Part shown: one piece after another, positions 53,798 through 64,000 of the stretch
How the letters are laid out: the number at the start of each line of letters is the position of its first letter
Numbering within the stretch: position 1 is the stretch's first letter
The notes under the pieces: generated by a model
Databases searched by the model: none
Seen by the model: only the letters and a program-made list of their open reading frames with translations
What the model was told of the DNA's origin: nothing
Position numbers and translations under genes: made by a program
DNA from: an uncultured Candidatus Entotheonella sp.
GTDB lineage: Bacteria; Tectomicrobia; Entotheonellia; Entotheonellales; Entotheonellaceae
DNA: 64,000 bases
NCBI GenBank assembly: GCA_965217185.1
Contig: OZ244252.1
Coordinates: forward strand, 1,568,001 to 1,632,000
Direction of reading: 5' to 3'

Positions 53798-54769
53798 TCA
53801 GTTGTAAAGGTGACAGGCCACCATATGGCCGTCGATGTTGGTTTCCTGCGGTTCAATCTCCGAGCATTCCGCTTTGGCGACCGGACAGCGCGGATGGAAG
53901 CGACAACCGCTGGGCGGATTGATGGGTGAAGGGACTTCACCAGGCAGGATGATCTCTTCGCGAGTGATGTCAGGATGGCCTGGAAGCGCCGCTGAGAAGA
54001 GCGCCCGGGTGTACGGATGCAGGGGCTCGGTGAATAACGCTTCCGTGCGGGCTCTTTCGACGATCTTTCCCAGGTACATCACCGCAACTTCGTGGGCCAT
54101 GTAGCGCGTGGTGGCGAGGTGATGGGCAATGAGCAGATAGCTGACGTGATAGGTCTGCTGCAAGTCCACCAACAGGTTCATAATCTGCGCGCGGATGGAC
54201 ACGTCCAGAGCTGAAACCGGTTCATCCAGGATGATCAGCTTGGGATGGGAAATGAGCGCGCTGGCCACGGCAATGCGCTGCCGTTGGCCACCGCTGAATT
54301 CGTGCGGATACAGGTTGGCCTGCTGGGGCCGCAGGCCCACGCTGTCCAAGACCTCCCGGACTCGCGTCGCGATGGCGGCGCGGGACATTTTATGATTGAT
54401 CACCAGGGGTTCCGCCACGATTTGCCGTACCCGCATGCGCGGATTCAGCGACGACCACGGATCTTGAAAGACCGCCTGCACCGCGGCGCGGTATGCTTTC
54501 AAGGCGTTGCCACGCAAGTCATGCACGGGTTGTCCATCAATCAAGATCTCCCCGTCGGTCGGCTCTTCGAGGCGCAGGATCAGTTTGGCTGTCGTCGTCT
54601 TGCCACAACCTGACTCGCCCACGAGCGCCAGCGTTTCCCCTTGCGGCACCGAGAAACTGATGTCGTCCACGGCCTTCACCCAGCCAATGGTCCGCATCAC
54701 CAGTAGACCTCGGGTCACAGGGAAATGCTTCTTGAGGTGGTGCACTTGCAGCAAGGGCGTCTCGCTCAT
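53798..54769 (-). CDS. Peptide/nickel ABC transporter ATP-binding protein (DppF/OppF-like)
   Basis: GESGCGKT, FSGGQRQR, DEPVSALD, GCRFHPRCP. Confidence 0.95.
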   Translation of the reverse strand: MSETPLLQVHHLKKHFPVTRGLLVMRTIGWVKAVDDISFSVPQGETLALVGESGCGKTTTAKLILRLEEPTDGEILIDGQPVHDLRGNALKAYRAAVQAVFQDPWSSLNPRMRVRQIVAEPLVINHKMSRAAIATRVREVLDSVGLRPQQANLYPHEFSGGQRQRIAVASALISHPKLIILDEPVSALDVSIRAQIMNLLVDLQQTYHVSYLLIAHHLATTRYMAHEVAVMYLGKIVERARTEALFTEPLHPYTRALFSAALPGHPDITREEIILPGEVPSPINPPSGCRFHPRCPVAKAECSEIEPQETNIDGHMVACHLYN

Positions 54770-55752
54770 ACCTCTTGCAACCTCCAACAATCTGCAGTGT
54801 GGTCCGCTCCAACCGAAAAAGAGGATGGATACGCCTGTTCGCAGCGCGCTTCCGCATAGGGGCAACGGGGCGTAAATCGGCATCCTGGTGGAAGGTCCCA
54901 CAAGGCCGGCGGCTGCCCTTCGATGGCATACAGGCGCTCGGGCCGTTCTTCCATCGTGGGTACGGATTGCAACAGGGCCTGCGTATACGGGTGCGCCGGG
55001 TGATTGAAAATGGCCCGTACGGGTCCGCTTTCCACCACCCGACCAGCGTACATCACCATGACCCGGTCACACATCTTCGCCACGATGCCAAAGTCATGGG
55101 TGATAAAGATAATGGACAGGCCGGTTGCCTCTTGAATTTCCCGCAACAGGCGCAAGTATTGCGCCTGAATGGTCACGTCCAGCGAGGTGGTGGGCTCATC
55201 GGCGATAATCACGTGGGGTTCGCAAGACAGCGCTATGGCGCCCACGACGCGCTGTTTCATGCCGCCGCTCATCTGGTGCGGGTAATCCTCCACACGACGC
55301 TCCGGGGCCGCCACCCTGACTTGCGACAGCGCGTTAATGGCACGCGACAACAGCGTGCGGGCGCTTCCCTTGTGGTGGATCTGGATGGCTTCGAGAAGCT
55401 GATTGCCGATGGTGAAGACGGGGTTCAGGGAGGTCTGGGGATCCTGCAGAATCATCGACAAGCGCCGCCCTCGGATATGCCGCATCTCCCGTTCGCTCTT
55501 GTCGAGGAGGTTCTCGCCCTGCAACAGAACCTTGCCTTGCACGATGCGAGCCACTGGCCGCGGCACCAAGCGCAACAGAGACAGAGCCGTCATGCTCTTG
55601 CCACAGCCGGACTCGCCCACAATCCCCAGCGTTTCGCCCTGGCGCAGGGCAAAACTGACGCCATCAACGGCTTTCACCACGCCCCAGCGTGTAAAGCAAT
55701 AGGTGTGGAGATCCTCGACCTGCAGGACAACGTCGCCGATGTGTCGTGTCAT
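54766..55752 (-). CDS. Peptide/nickel ABC transporter ATP-binding protein (DppD/OppD-like)
   Basis: [27 protein letters not shown]. Confidence 0.95.
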   Translation of the reverse strand: MTRHIGDVVLQVEDLHTYCFTRWGVVKAVDGVSFALRQGETLGIVGESGCGKSMTALSLLRLVPRPVARIVQGKVLLQGENLLDKSEREMRHIRGRRLSMILQDPQTSLNPVFTIGNQLLEAIQIHHKGSARTLLSRAINALSQVRVAAPERRVEDYPHQMSGGMKQRVVGAIALSCEPHVIIADEPTTSLDVTIQAQYLRLLREIQEATGLSIIFITHDFGIVAKMCDRVMVMYAGRVVESGPVRAIFNHPAHPYTQALLQSVPTMEERPERLYAIEGQPPALWDLPPGCRFTPRCPYAEARCEQAYPSSFSVGADHTADCWRLQEV

Positions 55753-56649
55753 CTAGATATTCCTGAGTTTCGGATCGAGATAGTCACGCAGCCAGTCACC
55801 CAGCAAGTTCAAGGACAGCACGGTCAGCATAATGGCCAATCCCGGAAACATGGCGATCCACCAGGCGACCACAATGAGGTCGCGCCCGTCGGCGATCATC
55901 GAGCCCCAAGTTGGCGTCGGACGTGGGATCCCGGCGCCCAGAAAGCTGAGGGCCGACTCCAGCAGAATGACGGCGCCAATTTGCAGGGTGGCCAGGACGG
56001 TCAGAGTATTGACGACGTTTGGGAAGATGTAACGCAGCATGATGCGGAAATGTGACGCCCCTGCCACCCGCGCTCGGGCGACAAAGTCGCGTTCTCGAAT
56101 ACTCAAGGTCTCACCTCGAACCTGGCGGGCATACCGCGCCCACAGGAGCACCGCCGTGACCGCGACCACGGTGCCAAAGCTGGCTCCGATGGCGGCGACA
56201 AACACCAAGGCCAGCAAAATAACCGGTAACCCGAGGGAGATATCCACCAGACGCATGATCAGGGCATCCAGCCTGCCGCCAAAATACCCGGCTATGAGCC
56301 CGAGCGCGGTGCCGATGGTGCCGCTTACCAGGATGGCTACCACAGACACCGCCAAGGAGATCCTGGCCCCATAGATGATACGGCTGAGGACGTCACGTCC
56401 CACCTTATCCGTGCCCAAGGGATGGGTGATCGTGCCGCCCTGCACCCACACCGGCGGCTTCAGACGCGCCCGCAGGGAGCCCCTGACGGGACTGTGGGGC
56501 GCCAGATACGGCGCAAAGAGGCCAGGCAGTACCAGGAGAAACAGCAGAATAAACAAGGGGATGCCGGGAAACCGCCGGGCCGGCGCAACCGCCCGTACGG
56601 TCTCGTCCGGCGTTGATCTGGGAACGCTTTCCGGCAGGACTTGCGCCAT
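55753..56649 (-). CDS. Peptide ABC transporter permease (DppC-like)
   Basis: [30 protein letters not shown]. Confidence 0.95.
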   Translation of the reverse strand: MAQVLPESVPRSTPDETVRAVAPARRFPGIPLFILLFLLVLPGLFAPYLAPHSPVRGSLRARLKPPVWVQGGTITHPLGTDKVGRDVLSRIIYGARISLAVSVVAILVSGTIGTALGLIAGYFGGRLDALIMRLVDISLGLPVILLALVFVAAIGASFGTVVAVTAVLLWARYARQVRGETLSIRERDFVARARVAGASHFRIMLRYIFPNVVNTLTVLATLQIGAVILLESALSFLGAGIPRPTPTWGSMIADGRDLIVVAWWIAMFPGLAIMLTVLSLNLLGDWLRDYLDPKLRNI

Positions 56650-56687
56650 GCGACGTTACCTCTTATCGAAGTGGGCCAGCCCCTTCA

Positions 56688-57608
56688 CTACTGATAACGG
56701 ATGCGTGGATCGAGGTAGGCATAGAGAATATCCACGATCAGATTGGCAAACAGGAAGACAGCCGCAAAAATGATTACAATGGCCTGCACGACCTGGAAAT
56801 CCCTCGCCTGGACTGCCTCCAGCGCCAGTCGTCCGGTACCCGGCCAGACAAAGACGTTCTCGATTACCACCGAGCCCGTCATCAAGACCCCGGCATTGAT
56901 CGCAAAGTACGTCAGAGGCACGATCGCCGCGTTGCGTAGACAGTGCTTCCAGACCACCTTCCATTCGGAAAGGCCCTTGATGCGGGTCAATTTGACATAT
57001 TCGCTATCCAACACGTCCAGCATGGCCGAGCGCACCAGGCGCGTGATGACGGCGACTTGGAACCACCCCAGGGAGACGGCAGGCAGGATCAGGCGGGCAA
57101 TCCCACCGCGTCCCGAAGTCGGCAGCCAACCCAATATGACGGCGAAAATCCACATCAGGATAATGCCCAACCAAAAGGATGGAAGCGATTGGCCAAGCAG
57201 CGCGACTATTTTCCCCACCGAATCGAAAAGCGTATCCCTCTTCACCGCGGACAACACCCCGATCGGCAGCGCCAGCACAATGCTGATGACAATGGCTACC
57301 CCCGCCAGTTCCAGGGTCGCCGGCAGGCGTTCGAGCACCAGACCCATGGCGGTATGACCCTGCCATTTCCATGAATTGCCAAAATCTCCGCGTACCGCTT
57401 TGCTGAGGAAAACGAGGTACTGGGTATGCAGCGGCTTGTCCAGGCCCCAGTTTTTCCTGATCGTTTCGCGTTCTTCCAAGGTCGCTTCGATTGGCAACAA
57501 GGCATCGATCGGGTCCCCGGTGACGCGGGCCAGACCGAACACGATGATGCTCATCACCCAAAGCGCCAGCAGACTCTGCAGAAGGCGTATGACAATGTAA
57601 CGCTGCAT
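56688..57608 (-). CDS. Peptide ABC transporter permease (DppB-like)
   Basis: GLDKPL, RLPATLEL, PSFWLG, VIENVFVWPG. Confidence 0.95.
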   Translation of the reverse strand: MQRYIVIRLLQSLLALWVMSIIVFGLARVTGDPIDALLPIEATLEERETIRKNWGLDKPLHTQYLVFLSKAVRGDFGNSWKWQGHTAMGLVLERLPATLELAGVAIVISIVLALPIGVLSAVKRDTLFDSVGKIVALLGQSLPSFWLGIILMWIFAVILGWLPTSGRGGIARLILPAVSLGWFQVAVITRLVRSAMLDVLDSEYVKLTRIKGLSEWKVVWKHCLRNAAIVPLTYFAINAGVLMTGSVVIENVFVWPGTGRLALEAVQARDFQVVQAIVIIFAAVFLFANLIVDILYAYLDPRIRYQ

Positions 57609-57642
57609 ACCCGCTCTCCTCAGCCTCTCCGCCTTAGATACC

Positions 57643-59349
57643 CTATCTACACGGCTGTTCCTGCTTGCACGCGGTGATACGCCAGGTGTGACCGATGTCG
57701 CCGCCGTCCCAGCCGGGGAAAGCCCAGTCGTCCACGATATTGGGGTCCACCACCACCTCGATGAAGACGTTGAAGAGGGGGATGATCTCGAAATTTTCAA
57801 ATTTGTAGTTGCCGATCTTACGCAGCAGGACGTCTCGCTCGGCGGGATCGGAGAGTTGCTTCAGTTCCTCCCACATGCCGTAAATTTCATCCGTCTCAAA
57901 TTGGTGTATGCCAGCCTTGCCGGCATTGAAGACGGCAATCTGCGCTTCCACGGCTTTCTTGGATGGCGGCACCGCCGCGAGATAGCCGTGGGCTTTCCGG
58001 GCGCGCCAGGTCGGCGCAATCGTGGACACCAGGTCCGCCTCTACCAATTCCAATTCAATCCCCACGTCGAGCAGTTGAATCTGTACCGCTTCGACGAGCG
58101 AAATGAGTTCAGGCGCGCCGGCAAAGGGGAACAACCACGCCTTGGCCTCAAAGCCATTAGGATAGCCGGCCTCTCTCAGCAAGCGTTGTGCGGCCTGCGG
58201 ATCGTAGCCGTACATCTCCGGGAAGCGTTGCTCCCAGGTGGGGTCCCAGCCGGGCAAGTCGGGGTAGAAGCCGTGTACGTACATGTAATCCGCTCTGTTC
58301 TTGTACAGCACCTCGAGCAATTCTTCGCGGTTAATGGCTTTGTTCATGGCCTGGCGCACTTTTTTCTTGGTAAACGGATTGTTGGGGTCCAGTTTGCCGG
58401 TGATGCCGCCGTGTTCCGTGTAGCGCTCGGTCTGCGGGTCCTCCGTGCCAAAGTAGAGCCCGCCGAAGATGATCTGTATCTGCTGTGCCGTCCCGCGGCT
58501 GCGAACCAGCTTGTATCCCCCGGCGACCAATTGGTCCACGAGGTCCTTGTTGAGCTCTGTCAGCTGCGTTTCTCCCGCCAGCAATTGGGCATAGCGCGTT
58601 GATTCCTCGATGGTCCAGGTCATCATGAGTTCTTTCCAGTCCACCACGCCGTGTTTCCAATGCGGTGTCGGCGCCCGTTCGTACAGCACGTACTGGCCTA
58701 ATTTGCGTTCCTTGAACTCGTACGGCCCGGTCCCGGCCGGCTTGCGCTCGTAGCCCATTTCGCCTTCTTTGTCCCACTGCGCCTTGCTGAACATCATGAC
58801 GTTGGCCGCTTCCGAGTAGTAAAAATCGAAGTCCAGGCACGGCTCCTTGCAGTGCATCAACACCTCGTGGTCATTGATCACCTCGACGCGCTCAACCGTG
58901 CAAATGCCCGTCCGGTAGGCGCTTGATGGGGGATCGGCACGACCCGGGTAGTCGTCCTGGCACCACAGCGCGTGGTTATGCACCACGTCTCTGGCGGTAA
59001 ATTCACCGTAGTCCTGATGATAGTGCACCCCCTCCTGCAGCTTCACCCGCCACAAGCGGCCATCCGGGGTCATCTCCCAGCTTTTCGCCAGCCACGGGAC
59101 ATACTGGCCTGTATCCGGGTCGATCTCAATGAGCCATTCCAGGATCGGGTCATGCTGGATATTGTGGTCGGGCGTGCCGCTGATCCAGGCGCGAAAGTAA
59201 TCCCGGAAGGGATTGATGAGACCGATCACCAAGCGATCCACTTTCGCCTCGCCGGGTTGCGCCTGGGCATTGCCTCCCAGGAACGTCAGGCTCAGCACCA
59301 TCAGGACCATGAACAACCCAGCAGATTGCCGAAACCGTGCTTGCCTCAT
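57643..59349 (-). CDS. ABC transporter substrate-binding protein, family 5
   Basis: Signal peptide; PWLAKSWE, GTGPY, VRQAMNKAINRE, YDPQAA; RBS GGAGG. Confidence 0.92.
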   Translation of the reverse strand: MRQARFRQSAGLFMVLMVLSLTFLGGNAQAQPGEAKVDRLVIGLINPFRDYFRAWISGTPDHNIQHDPILEWLIEIDPDTGQYVPWLAKSWEMTPDGRLWRVKLQEGVHYHQDYGEFTARDVVHNHALWCQDDYPGRADPPSSAYRTGICTVERVEVINDHEVLMHCKEPCLDFDFYYSEAANVMMFSKAQWDKEGEMGYERKPAGTGPYEFKERKLGQYVLYERAPTPHWKHGVVDWKELMMTWTIEESTRYAQLLAGETQLTELNKDLVDQLVAGGYKLVRSRGTAQQIQIIFGGLYFGTEDPQTERYTEHGGITGKLDPNNPFTKKKVRQAMNKAINREELLEVLYKNRADYMYVHGFYPDLPGWDPTWEQRFPEMYGYDPQAAQRLLREAGYPNGFEAKAWLFPFAGAPELISLVEAVQIQLLDVGIELELVEADLVSTIAPTWRARKAHGYLAAVPPSKKAVEAQIAVFNAGKAGIHQFETDEIYGMWEELKQLSDPAERDVLLRKIGNYKFENFEIIPLFNVFIEVVVDPNIVDDWAFPGWDGGDIGHTWRITACKQEQPCR

Positions 59350-59480
59350 GATGACACCTCCACCTAGCTCAGGTGCTTTCTCCAGGGAGTGATTACCCAC
59401 GGCCGAGAACATGCGTTGCATGCTCTCGTACTGCGGGTCGGGCGACGCGGACGACCACCAGATGATGTCTTGCGGGCGGC

Positions 59481-59509
59481 ATTGTAGCGTTGAAGATAAT
59501 CGCAAACAA
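59481..59509 (-). promoter_or_regulatory. Possible sigma70 promoter of the ABC operon
   Basis: TTGTTT-N17-TACAAT on the minus strand. Confidence 0.4.
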
Positions 59510-59746
59510 ATCAAACATAGACACTCTGGCCGTGTGGCGGGCGTCCTGGGCAACTTTACCTCGGGGCTCAAACCACGTCGGGCACCATCGCGGGACTACG
59601 TGCCGGATGAAAAAGGCACCGGTATTCGCCGCGGCTGAAAATGAGCGCCAGGGACGTCCCATGAACTGCACAACGGCGCGGTCAATATACGCTGCTGCCT
59701 TTCTCACGGCAGATTATCCACGGACGTATCACCCCCCATCTCAGTC

Positions 59747-60232
59747 TCAGTCACACATGTAGAGAAGGTCGATCGTGAGGTGGGTGTCGTCCGTTTCGCC
59801 GACGTCGACCTTCACTTCCTTCCAGCGCGGTTTGCGCCATAGACGCCTGGGGTCCATGTTGTTACTGAAGCCGACGCCGTCGTACGGCTTGCCAAATGCA
59901 CAGGTGACGGAACGGGCATCGCCATCGCTGTCGCGGTCATGGTGCAGCACCACCGAATAAGTCCCTGTCGGGAGGTCGCTGAAGGCAAATGTTACGGGGT
60001 CAGCGTTTTGGAGCGGCTGCTGCGCCGGTAAATCATCCCGTTTCCGGTTCAGATACGTGTGCCCGTTTTCGCCGTCGTGATCGTAGCAATCCGGGTTGTC
60101 GCATAAATTGACGATGAGCACCCCAAGGCGGCCCTCCGCATCCGGGGTCAAGTTCGGGATCTGCACCTGCAACTGCCCGGCGTACGCCGTTACGGCAACG
60201 AGTAACATGCCTGTAATCCACCAGCTTTTCAT
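59747..60232 (-). CDS. DUF2141 family secreted protein
   Basis: Signal peptide; DLPTGTYSVVLHHDRD..FGKPYDGVGFSNN. Confidence 0.8.
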   Translation of the reverse strand: MKSWWITGMLLVAVTAYAGQLQVQIPNLTPDAEGRLGVLIVNLCDNPDCYDHDGENGHTYLNRKRDDLPAQQPLQNADPVTFAFSDLPTGTYSVVLHHDRDSDGDARSVTCAFGKPYDGVGFSNNMDPRRLWRKPRWKEVKVDVGETDDTHLTIDLLYMCD

Positions 60233-61167
60233 GTCTGCTCTCCTTTCTGGCGCTGATAGCCGTCCATGACCACCAGGGAGGCATAAATCGTCTCGTTGAC
60301 CGGCGTCGGAACCCCCAAACGCCGGCCATGCCTCACCACCGCGCCATTGATAGCCTCGATTTCCGTGCGTCGGCGATGCTGAAAATCGACCGCCATGGAG
60401 GCGCTTCCCAGTTCGCCCTCCGCATCCAGATACGCCAGAATTTGCGTCGCGCTATCGGCGGCCAAGGCCACCCTCGCGGCGCGTGCCACGGCGGCTGCCT
60501 CCTCCATGACGTAGGTATATACGGTGCGGGTCGGCTGCCGAGCCAGAAGCTGGTTAGGCGAAAGACCCGTGAGGGCGGAGAGGCCGGCAAAGGCGCTGAT
60601 CAGCACCAGTTTCTCCCACAGACTCTTGCGGATGCCCGGCGACACCACCGCAGGGATGTCGGCACTCTCCAGCAGGGTGCGTATTGGTTCGAGCGCTGCG
60701 TCGCCCTGCGCATCGAGGCTGCCGAATTCGATCGCGCGGTCGCGGGTCGGCTGTTCGATAACGCCCGGTTCGACGAGCGTCGAACCGATCCGTGTGATGC
60801 CGGCCAGTACCGTGCCGCGGCCGAAGGCTTGTTGCAAATCGGTAGGGGTATCGACCCCGTTCTGTAAGGTCAACAGGATGGTGTTCGGCCCCACCACGGG
60901 CTGCAAGAGCGCCGCTGCGTCGGCGGCGCCGTACGTTTTCACACAGAACAGCACGAAATCGGCCTCGGGCATGCCGGCCGGATCGGCGCATGCCTGAACA
61001 ACCGGCAAAGTGAAATCACCATTGACGCTCTGCACCGTGAGGCCGCGCTCCTGCAGCGCTTGCAAGTTCGCGCCTCGGGCGATGAAGGTCACGTCGCCGC
61101 CGGCTCGTGCCAGCAGGGCGCCGAAGTAGCCGCCCAAGCCACCGGTTCCCATAATCACAATGCGCAT
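60229..61167 (-). CDS. panE: 2-dehydropantoate 2-reductase (ApbA/PanE family)
   Basis: GTGGLGG, VKTY, LQNG, WEKL, SMAVD...EIEAINGAVV. Confidence 0.9.
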   Translation of the reverse strand: MRIVIMGTGGLGGYFGALLARAGGDVTFIARGANLQALQERGLTVQSVNGDFTLPVVQACADPAGMPEADFVLFCVKTYGAADAAALLQPVVGPNTILLTLQNGVDTPTDLQQAFGRGTVLAGITRIGSTLVEPGVIEQPTRDRAIEFGSLDAQGDAALEPIRTLLESADIPAVVSPGIRKSLWEKLVLISAFAGLSALTGLSPNQLLARQPTRTVYTYVMEEAAAVARAARVALAADSATQILAYLDAEGELGSASMAVDFQHRRRTEIEAINGAVVRHGRRLGVPTPVNETIYASLVVMDGYQRQKGEQT

Positions 61168-61196
61168 GGATGGTTCCTGCTTCGACGTTATCGGAT

Positions 61197-61229
61197 TGTC
61201 GGATTACGCCTGCGGCTAATCCGACCTAC
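61197..61229 (-). repeat. REP-like palindrome (GTAG family), single copy
   Basis: Reverse complement GTAG-GTCGGATTAGCCGCAGGCGTAATCCGACA. Confidence 0.88.
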
Positions 61230-61903
61230 ACGTTGTCCGTTTCCCATTCCGCGACAAACCGTCGGGTATGCTTGGGTGCGGCGGATCCCAACCGGGCCAC
61301 CTCGGCACGCAGGCGCTCGAATTCTACCGGCGTGTCCACGTCGTACCAAGCCGCCAGCGACGTGGCTTCCAGGCCCAATCTCGCGGCGCGACGCAGGGTC
61401 TCGTCATATACCTGCGGCGTACTCCACGGCATGGAATCAAACAATTCAGGATGCAACCGCCGAAGGCCGATCAGGTAGTAGCCGCCGTCGTCGCTCGGTC
61501 CCAGTACCACGTCGGCGGCGGGCGCCGAGAGGGCATCGAGAGCCCGTTGCAGGTTTTCCGTGGGTAGGGTGGGCGAATCGCTGTCGGTGGCCATGACCGC
61601 TTCGTGACCCCTATCGAATAGCTGCTGAAAAGTGGAGCTCAGCCGGGCGGACAAGCTATCACCAACCTGCGGTAGCAGCAGAAAATCGGGCGCTAGTTGC
61701 GCAAAAAAGGGACGGCTTTCCGCCGGCGAGTATGCGATGACCGGAGTGGCATTGTGCAGCGACCTGACCTGGCTGATCCTGTCGCGCAGAAAACCGTCGT
61801 ACAACGCCGCAATGTCACTGTCCGAGAGGAGCGGGCGCAGGCGGGTTTTCACGGCACCCGGCACCGGCTGCTTGGCCATGATGGCAACGGCAATCGATGT
61901 CAT
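61226..61903 (-). CDS. DUF2064/TIGR04282-like glycosyltransferase
   Basis: MAKQPVPGAVKTRL, DSDSP, LGPSDDGGYYLIG, MPWST, YDVDT. Confidence 0.87.
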   Translation of the reverse strand: MTSIAVAIMAKQPVPGAVKTRLRPLLSDSDIAALYDGFLRDRISQVRSLHNATPVIAYSPAESRPFFAQLAPDFLLLPQVGDSLSARLSSTFQQLFDRGHEAVMATDSDSPTLPTENLQRALDALSAPAADVVLGPSDDGGYYLIGLRRLHPELFDSMPWSTPQVYDETLRRAARLGLEATSLAAWYDVDTPVEFERLRAEVARLGSAAPKHTRRFVAEWETDNV

Positions 61904-61979
61904 CGTGGAACTTCCTTTGCCAGTGGCTGGCATTTTGCCTTTACTGGCCACTATGCACTGATCACTAACCACTGTCTTT

Positions 61980-63533
61980 TCACCGGCCTCGCTGCCAGTT
62001 GAGCCACTTGCCCATGATCTTCCGCACCACGGGGGTGAGGCGCGTGCGGTTGTAGAGGTCGCCCGTTTTGCGCACCGCTTCGGCCTGCGTGGGGTATGGA
62101 AGGATGACCTTGGAAATTTTGCCCAATCCCAGGCCGTGGGTCATCGCCGTGGCGTAGATACCGATCATGTCGCCGGCATTGCGCGCCACAATGGTGGCGC
62201 CCAGGATCGTGTCGCCACCCTTCTTGACGTGCACCTTGGCGAATCCCTCGTCGTCGCCGTCGAGGATGGCCCGGTCAACGTCGTCAAAGGGCTGCGTGAA
62301 GGTGTCGATGGCGGTGCCGGCTGCCGCCGCGGTCGCCTCGGTCAGGCCGACGTGGGCGATCTGCGGCTCGGTGTAGGTGCACCAGGGAATGGTTAGCGCC
62401 GATGCCTTCTGGCGTCCCTTGAACAGGGCGTTGGCGATGACGATGCGGGCCATGAAATCGGCGGCGTGGGTGAACTGGAACCGCGAGCACACGTCGCCGG
62501 CCGCAAAGACGTGCGGGTTGCTGGTACGCAGGTTGTCGTCCACCTGCACACCCCGCGGCGTGTAGGTCACCCCTGCGGCATCCAGGCCAAGGCCGTCGAC
62601 GTTTGCCGTGCGGCCGGCGGAGACGACGATGGTGTCCACCCCCACCTCGCGGTTGTTGCCGGGGCCGTCCTTGTAGCGCAGCACCTTGTCCTCGCCCTTG
62701 ACCTCGACGGCGAACAGCGACGCCGACAGGGCCAGTTCGACACCATCGCGCAGCATCGATTCCTGCACGAGGTGCGCGGCGTCGGCGTCTTCCCGGTTGA
62801 GCACGTGGTCGCCGGTGTGAATAAGGGTGACTCGCGAACCCAGCCGGCGGAACGTCTGGGCCAATTCGCAGCCGATCGGCCCGCCGCCGATGACGGCCAG
62901 CCGCGCTGGACGCTCCGTCAGGCTGAACACCGTTTCGTTGGTGAGGTATCCGGCTTCGACCAACCCCTCCACCGGCGGCGCCACGGCTCGGCCGCCAGTG
63001 GCGATTACCGCCTTGGCGAACCGCAGCGTCTGTCCGCCAACCTCGATTTGCCGCGGCCCGGTGAATCGCCCTTCGCCGAGGAACACGTCAACGCCCGCCT
63101 CACTGTAGCGCTTCACCGAATCGTTGCGACTGATCTGCGCCCGCAGCCGCCGCATGCGAGCCATGACGGCCCCGAAATCCACCGTCGCTTCGCCGTTCGG
63201 CTGCACGCCGTAGTGCGGCGCGTCGCGCACGTCGGCCCATGCCGAGGCGGCGCGAATGATGCCCTTGCTGGGCACGCAGCCATAATTCAGGCAGTCGCCG
63301 CCCATCAGGTGCTTCTCGATCAGCGCCACCCGCGCACCCAGCCCGGCGGAGCCGATGGCCGATACCAGACCTGCGGTTCCCGCGCCCAACACCACCAGGT
63401 TGTACGGGTTGTTCGGAGCGGGGTTCTCATAATCCGCAGGATGCGTGTTGGCCAGCAGGTGCAGGTTGTGCTCGTCGGCGGGTGACACCTCGACAGCGGT
63501 AGCGCCGGTGGGTTGAGCGGATTCGGGAGCCAT
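61980..63533 (-). CDS. MerA-like FAD-dependent pyridine nucleotide-disulfide oxidoreductase
   Basis: GAGTAG, GGDCLNYGCVPSK, GGGPIGCE, PYPTQAE; no C-terminal CC pair and no NmerA domain. Confidence 0.9.
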   Translation of the reverse strand: MAPESAQPTGATAVEVSPADEHNLHLLANTHPADYENPAPNNPYNLVVLGAGTAGLVSAIGSAGLGARVALIEKHLMGGDCLNYGCVPSKGIIRAASAWADVRDAPHYGVQPNGEATVDFGAVMARMRRLRAQISRNDSVKRYSEAGVDVFLGEGRFTGPRQIEVGGQTLRFAKAVIATGGRAVAPPVEGLVEAGYLTNETVFSLTERPARLAVIGGGPIGCELAQTFRRLGSRVTLIHTGDHVLNREDADAAHLVQESMLRDGVELALSASLFAVEVKGEDKVLRYKDGPGNNREVGVDTIVVSAGRTANVDGLGLDAAGVTYTPRGVQVDDNLRTSNPHVFAAGDVCSRFQFTHAADFMARIVIANALFKGRQKASALTIPWCTYTEPQIAHVGLTEATAAAAGTAIDTFTQPFDDVDRAILDGDDEGFAKVHVKKGGDTILGATIVARNAGDMIGIYATAMTHGLGLGKISKVILPYPTQAEAVRKTGDLYNRTRLTPVVRKIMGKWLNWQRGR

Positions 63534-63564
63534 GTTCGCGTCCTCCTGTTTTTCCGGTGCCGGG

Positions 63565-63999
63565 CTACGCGGCTGCCTTGCCGGAGCGGGCCTTGATTTT
63601 CTTGTATACGACGGGGATCAGCGCCAGAACGGCCAAGCCGACGAGCGCCGTGATGATCTGCGGGGTGAGGATGCCGGCGGCGCTGAATTCGCCGCCCTGG
63701 TCAAACACGCTGCCCAGACCGGCCCCCACGGTGGCGAACACGAAGGTGCCGGGGATGATGCCGATGAAGGTGCCTATCACGTAAACGCGTAGGGAAACGC
63801 CCAGAAATGCCGGCACCAGATTGACCAGGAAAAACGGAAAAAGCGGTACCAGCCGCAGCACCAGCAGATAGCTCAGGGCGCCCTCCTGGAAGCCGTCCTG
63901 CATCCTTTGCAGCGCCGGACCGGCCTTGGCCCGCAGCGCGTCGCCGAACGAGGTCTTGGCGATCAGAAAAAGCGCCGTGGCGCCCACGGTGGCCGCAAA
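63565..63999 (-). CDS. TVP38/TMEM64 (DedA/VTT) family membrane protein; 5'-partial
   Basis: LRLVPLFPFFLVN, GTFIGIIPGTFVF. Confidence 0.9.
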   Translation of the reverse strand, partial: FAATVGATALFLIAKTSFGDALRAKAGPALQRMQDGFQEGALSYLLVLRLVPLFPFFLVNLVPAFLGVSLRVYVIGTFIGIIPGTFVFATVGAGLGSVFDQGGEFSAAGILTPQIITALVGLAVLALIPVVYKKIKARSGKAAA

Positions 64000-64000
64000 G

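Noticed and set aside
59393..59707. ORF upstream of the ABC substrate-binding gene
   Set aside because: It has no motifs, overlaps the probable promoter, and is likely non-coding.
61980..63533. Mercury resistance merA
   Set aside because: No C-terminal Cys pair, no NmerA domain and no mer operon in the window.

Overview
High-GC bacterial chromosomal window, densely coding. The gene content resembles a deltaproteobacteria-like or Tectomicrobia-like heterotroph; this is inference only. The housekeeping core comprises ilvE, a GlmU N-terminal-domain gene, pcrA, gatCAB, polA, clpB, metY, fabH, ispH, dusA, panE and four tRNAs (Glu, Lys, Ala, Leu). It is interleaved with many catabolic or redox enzymes (CocE, SDR, LLM, mandelate racemase family, PhyH dioxygenase, P450, AKR) and a Dpp/Opp-type ABC transporter. 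I see no CRISPR array, integrase or transposase. Most notable: (1) a GTAG-type REP family with five copies, two of which form a 33/36-bp inverted pair bracketing a ~2 kb AT-richer flavin amine oxidase cassette just after tRNA-Ala, a candidate cargo-carrying REPIN; (2) an in-frame MFS transporter-RND adaptor fusion; (3) two separately broken restriction-modification loci and several other pseudogenes; (4) an HmuY lipoprotein operon with a His-rich small membrane protein and no TonB receptor in the window; (5) a DedA/MerA-like/TIGR04282-like cluster possibly linked to arsenic or selenium chemistry. All family assignments come from motif recognition by eye, not database searches.
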